Shown here in pieces: positions 14,330 to 25,298 of a DNA stretch of 64,000 nucleotides (the stretch's first letter is position 1; each line of letters opens with the position of its first letter). The DNA comes from Vicugna vicugna. Its lineage: Eukaryota. The stretch is taken from NCBI GenBank assembly GCA_013265495.1, contig MU058844.1, positions 10,438,184 through 10,502,183 on the forward strand. Direction: 5' to 3'. A program made the translations under genes and the position numbers. Under the pieces are notes generated by a model. It was not told where the DNA came from and searched no databases. It was given only the letters and a program-made list of their open reading frames with translations.

Positions 14330-17300
14330 GTGAGTGTTTAAAAATTCTGAAATGTCACTAGCTGTTTTAATGATAATTTTTAAGTTACTGTTAATAATTT
14401 TTTCCAGTTTCATTTTGGTTGCATCAACTCCATTTAAGTATTTTCACTGGATTTAACCACTGACTTTCCTTATATGCAAATACTTTTTTAATGTAAGCAG
14501 TACTTGGTCCTTAGTTCCTGATCAGTATTTGCTGACTGACTGATTAAGCAGGTTTAAACAGTATCAACTGTAAAATAACCAGGAAAAATAATTACCTTTT
14601 TGCTCTTAAAAAGTCAGAATTAGTGAGTTTAAGTGAGTGGACAGTTTTGCTCTAGGCTTATATTTACACTAGAATTATGCAGCAAATAAAGAGTTGAATA
14701 ACAAGATCCTACAAATTCAGATATTTAAGCATAATAATAAAACACAATATATAGTATTGTGAATCAACAGAAACATCAATATTTCTTTGTAATTATAAAA
14801 TATTTGTAAAAATAAAATTAAGTCAGTTTTGAATTAGCTGTTTGTTATCTTGGGTTCTTGTGGTGCTGAAAATTGAAAGTTGTCGGTATTGGTATGCCTC
14901 AGTTTGAAGCAAGTCCCTCTGCAAAATCATTCCATATAAATTGTCATTTGGGAATGGTCTTGATATAATCTAATCTTAAATTAATTTGACGACATTTTGA
15001 GATCTTCAGCTACTGTGTTGTCTTTTCAGAGGTACAGCTTTGACTTTTTAAATGCATTTTATTATGCCACTTTAAAAAGAGTTTCTGAGCAGTACGAACA
15101 TCTTCGCATTTTATTGATTAAAAAATGACATACAAACCTGTCTATTAATTTGCAAATTTATGATAAAAGACATTTCGCAGTGAGAGGCAAAATGCTCTGA
15201 AGTGGTTTGGATGCGAGTGCAAGGCTTCTTTCTTCTCTGCTGTTTGAGGCAGATGTATTGACATAAAGAATCGTAGAGTGACGCGGGTTTATCTGCTCCC
15301 TTGTAGTCGAGTTGCTACTGCTAGGAGGAGTACTACCCTATTATAACGTGGTGTAGGCTCACCAGCAGTGCTTCTCAGCACCTCTGTGACTGTTCAGAGT
15401 CTAAAATATCTTTGTATCTATCCTTTGTCTAGCAAAGTTGAAATTGAATATGCCTATTCCACGTGAAGAAATAGGCTTAATTTATTGGGATAGAGGCAAT
15501 ATAGCGTTTTGATTAAGAATTGAGTCTTGTTTTCAGTTCTTGTTCATGTCACTTAATTCTGGCATACTCAAAACATCAGGCAGCAGCTTTTAGAAAGAGG
15601 GCTGATTTCCTTCTGTTGAATGAAATCCTTACCCAGGCAAAGCTGGGGAGCCTAGTGTTTAGCTCAGTCCCAGGTGCATACCGGGATATGGAGCAGTCTC
15701 AGCTGATCTGAGCTCTCAGGAGCTTTCTGCCTCATCTGGTTTATCTTCTTTCCTGTAGCTTTTCTGACCTCTTCCTAGATCCACCCTTCATTGCTCTCAT
15801 TTTTGTTCATTTGTTTGTTTCATTAGCAATTAGGATGTGACTCACTGGTGCTCTTGGTTGTAAGTTTCTGTTTTGCCAGGCTGTGTGCTTAGGATGAAAG
15901 TGAGGCGAAGACTCTCCCACGGGTCCCAGGTTGCCACACTGAAGTTGGAATGGGAACAGGAACTCTGTGTCTACGTAGATGACTTCTCTTTGAGTTACTA
16001 TCTAAACTCATATATTCTGTTACTCGTATAGGATTGATTTTATTTACAACTCCAACTTAAAAAAACAACAAAAAGGGAGAAAATAAAGGCATCATTGGTT
16101 GTTTAAAGGCTTTTTTGAATAGGACAGAAAGAAAGACTTCCTTAGTATTATCTATGTGAACTTGAGCCATTCAATGAAACAGATTTTTAAAAATGAAGAA
16201 TGAAATGGGAATAGGAATTTGACACAACAGTATGCTTTGTGAAAGGTTAGAGTAATTTGTGATTCTGTTTGACATTTTTCAGGTAATATGCAGTAGTAGT
16301 AATAAGAAATGAGCCTTTAAAATTCTTATGTTTTTAACTGTAATTTTACACATTATTAGCCATGTTTTCCCTAGATAATCATGCCAGTTTTTAAAGTGAT
16401 ACATTAATTATCTGATTAAATAATACTTAATCAATGGAAGATTTTAAAAATAATATAAATGTAAAACAAAGAGGAAATTACCTAGTTTGCTCTCTTTCTT
16501 TACTCTTGTGTTTTTGTGAACTACTTATTAAATTTTAAACTTTAGACTTAGTTAATTTAAGAAGAAGCATACTGTCACATGGTAAAAATGTAGAAAGCAT
16601 AGAAAGCTATGTGGTGAAAAGTCTCCCTCAGCTACCTAATTACCTTCTTTGGAGGCAACTAGTGCTTTTCTTGTCTGTCCTTCCAAAGATAGTCCATAAA
16701 CAAATATATCTGTATGTATATCTGTACGTATGTGTGTGTATATGTTCCTAATTTTAAGCACTGTTTTGCATCTTGCTCTTTTCATTTAATATTGTGGAGA
16801 GACTTCCACAATAGTACATAAAGCGCTTCTCTATTATTTTTTGTAAATGCAAAATATTCTGTTTTATAGATGTATCATTTTTCTAACTCATTTCTGTTGG
16901 TGGTCATTTGGGTTATATATATATATTTTTTCTATTACAAACAATATGTTGGTGAAAAAACTTTCAACATATGTTATTTTGCATATGTGTGTATAAATAA
17001 GTAGGATAAAACCCTACCACTAGAATTTCTGGGTGAAAAGGAATGTGCATCTGTAATTTTGATCACATTGCCAAAATTATCTTTGTAGGTGTTACAGCAT
17101 GAATATTTTTTTCATGTTATTCAAAGCACTTTGTGTATTATATTCAGTGGTATAGAATTTACTTTTTTAATGTGTATGCTGGTTGCCATAGATTTCTCAT
17201 TAATAGAAGTTTTCAGTGGTTAACGTTTTTTACTGTTAAGAATAATACTGGAATTAACATCTGTATAGATTAAACTTCTACCAGAAATAAACTTACTTGG

Positions 17301-18243
17301 CCAAAAGCCATAAACTGTTTTAAAGATTTAAAAAATTTGTAATACATATTGCCTAAATTACTTATGAAAACAGTTTATCAGTTTATATAATCAATGGCAT
17401 TTTGTGAAAGGGCAATTACAAATTTTATGTTTCTCCTTTCTTTTATTTGATTATTTATTGATGTGCCTTTTAACACCATCTCAAGTGTGCTAAAAAGTTG
17501 CAAGTATTGTGCACAGAGAACTTTTTCCCCTTAAATTGTCTAAGAATAAGATGCTAACCTGATACCCTCTTATCCTCAAACTTCACTGTGTGTTTTCTAC
17601 AATCAAGGTCTTCTACATAACCACCATACAACTTTAAAAAATAGGAAATTACAGTTGACATATTTTTATATCATCTAATATAGTCAGATCTTAACAAGTT
17701 TCTTCTGTTGTCCCGATCATGTCCTAAGTTATGGCAAAAGGTTCCAATTCAGAATCACACTGTATTTAGTTGCTGTCATATAGCTTTAGTTTCTTCAGTC
17801 AGAAAAAGTTCCACAGTCTTTCCTTAACTTTCTTAATCTTAACATTTCTTAAGATTATAGGTCATTTATTTTGTGATATGGCCTTCCATTTAGGTTATCT
17901 AATACTTAATTATAATTAGATTCAGGTTTTACGTCTTTGTCAGAAATATCACAGGATTGGTGCTGTTTTTCTCACTGTGTATCCTGTCAGGTGATCAATG
18001 ATCTTAATTTGTTTCATTGCTGATGATGATCACTTTGGTCATGTGATTAAGGTGATGTCCGCCAGTGTTCTCTGCCCCTTCTTAATAAATATTTTGTGCA
18101 CGAGTGCTTTGAACCATGTAGATATCTTAATCCCCATTGGACTTTCTGTTTATCTCTATCCATTTATCATGTGTTTATATCTGTATATCTATACTGACAC
18201 ACTATTACCTATTTTATCTGATGAGTTATACCTTGTTAGCATC

Positions 18244-18772
18244 TGTATTAGTTTGCTCTTGCTACTATAACAAATTACCACAAATGTGGTGTCTTTGAAC
18301 AACACAAATACACTATTCTGCATTTCTGTAAGTTGGAAGTCCCACATGAGTCTCAGTGGGCTAAAATCAAGGACTGAAATCAAAGGCTAACATCAGAGCT
18401 GCATTCCATTTTGGAGGCTTTAGGGAAGAATTAGTTTCCTTGCCTTTCCCAGCTTCTAGCTGCTCCCTGTAGTCCTTGTCCCTCTTCCTTCTTCAGAGTC
18501 AGCAGCAATGGGTTGAGTGCTTCTCACATGGTGTCATTGTGACCTTTCTTCTTTGCCATTATCTCCTTCTGCCCGTCTTCTGTCCCTCTCTTCCACTCTC
18601 AGTGACCTTTGTGATTACAGTGGGCTTATCAGATAACCCAGTATAATCTCTCTATTTAGGGTCATTGATTAGCAGCCTTAGTTTTTCTTTGCTGTGTAAC
18701 CTAATATGTTTGAAGGTTATAGAGATCAGAATGTGAACATCTTTAAGGGTCATTAATCTGCCTATGATACCA
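18244..18772 (-). mobile_element. MaLR solo LTR (MLT1-type)
   Basis: Starts tgtattagtttgctcttgctactataacaaattaccacaa and ends ...ctgcctatgatac, like MLT1 LTR termini. Confidence 0.75.
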
Positions 18773-19431
18773 TCATTATTTACTTTAATATTCATATTAT
18801 CCCGGATGTGGCCTGTGGGGGCCCCTTCAACCTTTTGTGTCCTTTACTGCGCCTCCATCATTCTTGGAATACTTGTTTTCTGGCATAATGAAATATTACA
18901 GCCTCATCTTTAGCTTTCTTACTCCAGTCTTAGAAGCAGCTATTTCTCTCTAAGGAGCCCTGATTCCTTTTACCAGAGAATGATACTTTGAAGCCGAGAT
19001 CTGGGCTGTAGGTATCTTCATGTTATTGAGATGTCACCATTCCTAGTCCCTCTCTATGTACAGATCTACAAAATGGATGTATATACAGATATATATATGT
19101 CTGCTGCTTGCCTACCTAGCTAGCTACATCTGTCTATCTATGTAGATATTGAAACTAATTTATACTGATATGGCCAATTCTAATCTCATAGCATAAGGCT
19201 TAATCTAGTATTTGTAACCCCCTTTTGTGACATCGAGGAACCTATTTCCTGTTATTCTTGGTATGTTTTCCTATTTGTTTAGTTCCCCTTGTGCATAACC
19301 TATCTCCCATTGCCACTCCTTCCCCACACTTAAGTCCTCCTTACCACAAGTGGGTTCTGACATCACACATTAGCTCTACCTTGGGCATGAACACTCTCCT
19401 TACTTTGTTCAGGCCTGGGCATCCCACGTAC

Positions 19432-19628
19432 GGCTACAGGACACCCTTCTTACCCTGCCTGGGTTGTGGCTCCCCACACTGGATCAACCCCTCTGTGGTT
19501 CCCCGCCTTACCCTGCTTAGCAAGGCTACAGGACACCCTTCTTACCCTGCCTGGATTGTGGCTCCCCACACCAGATCACCCCACACTGGATCAACCCCTC
19601 TGTGGTTCCCCGCCTTACCCTGCTTAGC
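19432..19628. repeat. Tandem duplication of an ~90-bp unit
   Basis: ggctacaggacacccttct...gccttaccctgcttagc occurs at 19432-19521 and 19524-19628. The second copy has a small internal re-duplication. Confidence 0.93.
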
Positions 19629-20286
19629 TTCTGCCATCCTGTGACAGGCTGCTCTTCCCTAGGTTCTTTTCTTTATTCCTGCTCCTACTGAGACATCCTG
19701 CTGGGTTACTTCTCCATGGGGACCCCTCATCAACCTGACTGGGTTTTGGCCTCCAGGCCCAGCTGCTAGTCTCTGTGGATACTGTCTTCATCGTATTTGA
19801 GCTCTGGCATATCAGCCCTGGTCATCCCCTCCAGAGATGCTCTCCACACCCTGCGAGGACTGTGAATTCCCCATGCCAGCCTGCCTCTTTGAAGGAACAC
19901 CTTCTTTACCCTTCTTGGGCTCTAAATTCCCATTCTGGGCTGCCCTCCTGAAAAGATGACCATCACACACTACTTGGGACTCTCAGCGTCCCTTGCCTCA
20001 GACCTGATACCTGACTTCCCTTTCCTGCTTTGAGACCCCCCTTCATTCTGCTTAGGCTCTGATTTCTCAGGCCAGGCCAGATCCTCCTACTTACTGTATG
20101 GACGCTCTCTTCAGTTTGCTTGGACTCTTCTCTCTGCCAGGCAGCTCTTTATCGAGTAGCATTTCCGTATCCTGATACCCCGGTTTGGGCCACCGTGTTC
20201 CTTCGCAGCTTGCTCTGCCCCACGTAACGGCTTTAGGACTAAATCGATTTAGTTCAGGAAAGGAGGGGGAATGATGACAGTTTCTG

Positions 20287-20411
20287 GTTTTTTTTTTTTT
20301 AATTGAAGTGTAGTTGCTTTACAATATTAGATATGTTACAGGTTTACAATTTAGTGATTCACAATTTTTAAAGGTTATACTCCATTTATAGTTACTATAA
20401 ATATTGACTAT
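20287..20411 (-). mobile_element. Short L1 3'-end insertion
   Basis: Poly-T followed by aattgaagtgtagttgctttacaatatt. Flanked by agtttctg at 20279-20286 and 20412-20419 (TSD). Confidence 0.75.
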
Positions 20412-21371
20412 AGTTTCTGCTTTTTTAATCTTTGTTAATTTGATGAAGTTCTTACTTCCATTTTTAAAATTATTTTGTCAGTTATACATTGCAGTTAGTT
20501 TGTTCTGCATTCATCTTAACCAGTGTACCTTACTATATTCTGTACCCCAGTATGGGTGTTTTAGGTTAGTGCTGAGGGGTTGGTGTTGAGGGCCAGTGAA
20601 TACATCATGCCATTGTTCTACTGAAGGCTTTAGCTTTGTTGATAATTAGTTTATTTCAATCACTTCAGTATTATTTTACTATATTCTCCTGGGCATGTAT
20701 TGGTCTGATCTTATTTCACATCTGCTTTTGTATTTGTTTATACTTCACAAGTTCTGATCTGCCATTGCACCTGTAAAGACAATGTTCATGGGATTTCCTT
20801 TTTGACCATTCTAAGCTTAAATGAAGCGGATTGTTTTATTTAAACTTACACCAGACAATCTGTGCTTTGCCAACATTTTCTAAGCTCTACATAGATCTTT
20901 CCTCCTCCCTTTAGTAATGTAAACCATCCTACTGCAAGGAAGATTATTTCAGGAAAGTACATTTTAAATCAGTTGTATAATAGACTTTAGGGTTATTGGA
21001 AGGTCTAATTACATAGTCTTTGAAACTTTTAAGACCAGTAGAGTCTTATTAGCATTTGTATTGTTTATAAGCAGTTTCAGTGATACTGGTATTTCTCCTC
21101 CACCCCACTAACATTTAGAATGGAATTGTCAACTTTAATAGTTACAGTCATTATTAAGTTTTCACTCTTTACTTGGAAATCTTTGAGGCCACAGAGATAT
21201 AAAGGCTTCTAGTTAATGAATCAAAGGTGTATATTTGTACAGACTTTTGTATTAGTAGATATAGAAACAGCAAGCATTTTCTTTCTTAAAATTATAAGAG
21301 ACTGTTCACTGCACTATAGGGGTTGATTTTGTTTTTTTCTATCTAACATTTCTTTTTCCTCTTTTTGGCAG

Positions 21372-21615
21372 GGCATACAGATCACTTTAAATTCCATCTG
21401 TAAATGTCAGTTTTGAATAGACATGAGGAACAGGCTACCATCCCTCACAATCTCTGCCAATACTAATATAGTTTATTTGATTTAGGGAACGTTCCAATGT
21501 TAAGCAATGGAGTTTGATTACTGGAATCACCGTGAAAGAACATTTAGCTACAAAATGTATAATCTAATAAAAGCTATATTCAAATCTGACAAATAAATAA
21601 GCTTAAGTGTTGTCT
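21372..21615 (+). other. Candidate alternative terminal exon of PAWR
   Basis: CTAAC branch motif at 21343, long pyrimidine tract, CAG at 21369-21371, 14 codons to TGA at 21414-21416, then TGTA, two AATAAA (21566, 21592) and a GT-rich downstream element. Confidence 0.4.
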
Positions 21616-23269
21616 ATCTGCTTTAGAATCTTAACTGTTGAATATTCTATAGAAATAGGCTTACATTCTAATTGTTTACATATCTTGGACATGCGCATGG
21701 AGTGATTTGATCAAATATGCCCGAGTTGTAATTTCATCAGTTGCACCAAACTAGCTGTATAGAAAATATGTAAAATTTGAGATATGTTTCAAGTGACTAG
21801 TTATTGTTTTTTTTTAAGCTGTGAAAAATGATGAAAATTGATATTACACAACTTCCTATTAGTATGCTTTAGTGGAAAGTTGTTTGTACTGACTTTAAGT
21901 CATTTCTAGTTGGGTCAAAGTATTTAAAAGTAGTATGCCAATATAGTGTAGTGTTGCTGAAAACATCCTCCATTTCACATTTTTGTGTTTATTAAAATTC
22001 TGCTGTCATGATATTAAGTTTTACCATGTTAGGCGAAAATGCCTCAGAAATGTTATTTATTGCCCGGTTGTTCATACCAAGACAATTGATACATCAGTTA
22101 CGCACAAGTCGGTAAATGCAACAAAGGCTATTCTTATTTAAAAATTCTGCTTATTCCATTTCAGCAAGAGGTGGTCTGGATAATTCAAGCTGATGTCATG
22201 TTTTGAAATATTTCACTTATAATTAAAATGAGAGAGGTGTTGTTTTGGAACTTAAGGCATTATTATCATTTTTTCTAATGCATACTTAGATAGACATCAT
22301 TTAAGGTCTATGCCATAGCTTTATAATAGAATAAGATAAGAGAATTTTATGAAAGAATCTTGATAAAATGTTAGTTGGAATATTGTTTTGTGAAACTTTA
22401 GGGGGACGTTCCATATGAAGTCATTATTATCTGCATTCAATAAAATGTGCTTTGAGTTGGATACACATACCTTCTTATTTCTTTCTACTTTGTCTAAATA
22501 ACCAGTGATTAAACATTTTAATCTAGTTACTATGGTTTCAAAAGTAGTTTAAAAGCTAGATTTTATGAAGTATTTTCTTTGTTGTTATTCACTTAGAGAT
22601 ACCATATTTTTATAAATAGGAGATTTGTTTTACATGTTTGGTGTACAGAGTACAAAGATTAATCTGCTTCATCTTTAGAGGCTGACACTTTAATGACAGG
22701 CAGATAACAGGCAGATAAGAACTCTTTAAAGTTTTCTTGCTAGGCTTTTGTTGCTGTCTCTGCTGTAAGAACAGCTGATGCCCAGGGGAGGGTTAAAATG
22801 TCTTTGAACCAACTGTCAAAGCATGGCTTCTCCAGAGGTAATCCTGGTAAAGGGTCAGGCCCACACACATGGGTACTTTTAGTACCTTGTCACCTGGTTT
22901 ACTTCCTGCAACTGGTTAATTCCAAAGTGGTGCTTTTTCTATAATTGTAGATTACTAAGGAAGTTATTTCTGTAAGTTGCCAGTATATATTTATTGCATA
23001 CTATTTGAGCTGAGGTTTTGGAGGGGGAAAAGAGTCTGGAAGGGGTCCCTGCCTTCCAGAAGTTTCTATTGTACTTAAAGTTATACTTAAGTAAATGATG
23101 TAGTCTATTATAATGGGAATTTACTGACTTGGAATAATTGTCAGATTTATTAAAATTCCACATAGAAAATTCAATAATGGTTTTTCTATACCCCAGGGTT
23201 TTTTTTTTAATATCTTAGCTGTCAAATTTAAATTATTAGCCTGTTGTAAAGAGTTTTGCCAATTGTTTT

Positions 23270-23435
23270 ATCACTTATGTCATTTAATCCCCACAACAAC
23301 CCAGTAAAATAGACATAGTTGTTATTCCTATTTTAGAGGTGAAGAAACTGAGGCTGAGAGAAGTTAAGTAACTTACCCATAGTCTCGCAGCTAGGGTAGC
23401 CAATCTGGTTGGAACTTGAATCTAAATCTTACTCT
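23270..23435 (-). mobile_element. MIR SINE remnant (similar remnants near 1200-1400, 8110-8300, 25490-25725, 42620-42740, 56690-56860, 60590-60725)
   Basis: MIR core cctattttagaggtgaagaaactgaggctgagagaagttaagtaacttaccc. Confidence 0.8.
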
Positions 23436-24227
23436 TAACCGTATGGTTTTTCGCACTGTTTTCCCACATTGAGATGTTCTTTATTGCAGCAAGCAGTCAG
23501 TATTTGCTGTTTCAGTCTGGAATCTGGTCATCTTACAAAGGGAACTTATTCTCTGATTTTAACCAGATCAGAAATAACTCAGAGAGTCTCTCATGGAGAT
23601 TTTTAATGATTAACTAGAAAAAAAAGAGTTCTCATCAGTTTTTAAGAAGACTTATTTAATTTTGACCAGTGTTATTAAGATGAAACTGCAAAAGATTGAA
23701 CAGAGAAATGACTGACTGGTTAATTGTGAGGTAATAGCTTTCTCATCCCAATGCTTAATGTTAACTTTCAGCAATTGTTTTCTTTTATGGGTAGCTTAGA
23801 ATCAGCATAAAAAGTACTTTCTCACATTTCATTTTTAGCTGTCTTTAAAATAAGCATTAATCATTCTATATGTATGTTGAGTTGTAGCTTTTTAAAAAAA
23901 CTTAGGACATAAAAAAGACTGGAAGGGAGATGTGTTGTATTTTTTAATGCTTGTTGACTTCTGAAAAGGTTTAAGCTGATTGGATGATGAATGATGATCC
24001 TTTTTTCATTTTCTGAGCTTGTAAAATACTTCCGAATTAAGGATATAATTTATAAAAAGTGATTGATTTTGTCTGAAAAATTAGACATAGAGTCTTGTTT
24101 TGTTTGACCAGCAATGTGAATTTTTAAAAGTAGTGGTAGTTGTTCTAGCACTATCAGTTGTTTTATGTAACTTGGAATTGTGTGCTTATAAACATACCCA
24201 AACTGATATGTCCTTTTTACTTTACAG

Positions 24228-24262
24228 GAGCCATCTAGAACAGTTACAGGCAGATATAAGAG
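24228..24262 (+). CDS. PAWR: PAWR 35-nt coding exon (exon 4 equivalent), phase 0/2
   Basis: Acceptor tttttactttacAG and donor AG|GTAAGA. Encodes EPSRTVTGRYK(S), versus recalled human EPPRTVSGRYKS. The frame joins both flanking exons. Confidence 0.95.
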
Positions 24263-24581
24263 GTAAGAATCCATAAGTTAAGACTTAAAAGCATATTGTA
24301 GACATGAGTATAATGTCTTTCTGACCATGGCTTAACTGACTAAAACTGTTTAAAGCCGCTGTTTGAAAAATAAGGAATTTTACTATTGTGCTCTTAAAAA
24401 TAAATTACATTGTAGGCAAGAGTGTAATGTCTGTCTGACCGTAACTTATTCTGACATACTCTGCAGTCTTTGAAAACTGCACACCATGAATTTGTATGGG
24501 TTTGATAAACTTAGCAAAAGAAAAAACTTAGAATCATTTTGTTTTGTGTATTTAAACACTGAAAGTACAAGTGTATCACCT

Positions 24582-24958
24582 TGTTAGTCAGCTTGGGATG
24601 CCATAACAAAATACCATGGACAGAATGGCTAAAACAGAAATTTATTTTCTCACAGTTCTAGAGGTTATGAAGTCCAAGGTCAGGGTGCCACATGGTCTGA
24701 TTCTGATGAGGATTCTTCTCCTGACATGCAGAGAGCTTCCTTCTTGCAGTGTCCTTAAATGGTGGGGAGAGAAATGGTGACTTCCCTGGTGTCTCCTTTG
24801 ATAAATGCACTAATCCTAATCCCATTGTAAGGGCCCCACCCTCACGACCTTATCTGAACCTAAGTACCTCCCAAAGGCCCTGCTTCCAAGTATACCATCA
24901 CATTGAGGTTAGGGCTTCAGCATATGAATTTTGGGAGTAGAGTACACAATTCATTCCG
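24582..24958 (-). mobile_element. MaLR LTR (MLT1A-like), first of two adjacent copies
   Basis: ttagtcagcttgggatgccataacaaaataccat...gcttcagcatatgaattttgggag. Confidence 0.75.
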
Positions 24959-24959
24959 A

Positions 24960-25298
24960 GCTTCGTTCATTCAGGCTGCTGTAACAAAATACCACAGACA
25001 ACAGAAATGTCCTTCTCACAGTTCTGGAGGCTGGAAGTCAGAGATCAGATTGCCAGCATGGTGATGTTCTGGTGAGACCCTCTTGCCAGTTGCAAAATAG
25101 CAGCCTCTCACTGTCTTCACCTGTGGAAGGGGCTGGAGAGCTGTGTGAGGTCTCTTTTACAGGAGCACTAATTCCATTCATGAGGACTTCACCTTTGTAA
25201 CCCAGGCACCTCCCAAAGGTCCCGCTTCTTATTACCCTCACATTGGGCATTGGGATTTCAGCAAATGAATTTTAGGGGGACACATTCAGACCATAGCA
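24960..25298 (-). mobile_element. MaLR LTR (MLT1A-like), second adjacent copy
   Basis: cattcaggctgctgtaacaaaataccacagac...gggacacattcagaccatagca. Confidence 0.75.

Larger units (their letters stand above)
17480..20250 (-). mobile_element. Old L1MC-like 3' region, interrupted by an MLT LTR and containing a GC-rich segment
   Basis: L1MC-type 3' UTR motifs (cagaatcacactgtatttagttg; ggagccctgattccttttaccagagaatg) and a pyrimidine/C-rich block at 19250-20250. Confidence 0.55.

Noticed and set aside
19258..19644. 128-aa Pro-rich ORF
   Set aside because: It has a non-ATG start, lies in C-rich repeat-derived sequence, is lengthened by a tandem duplication, and shows no recognisable homology.
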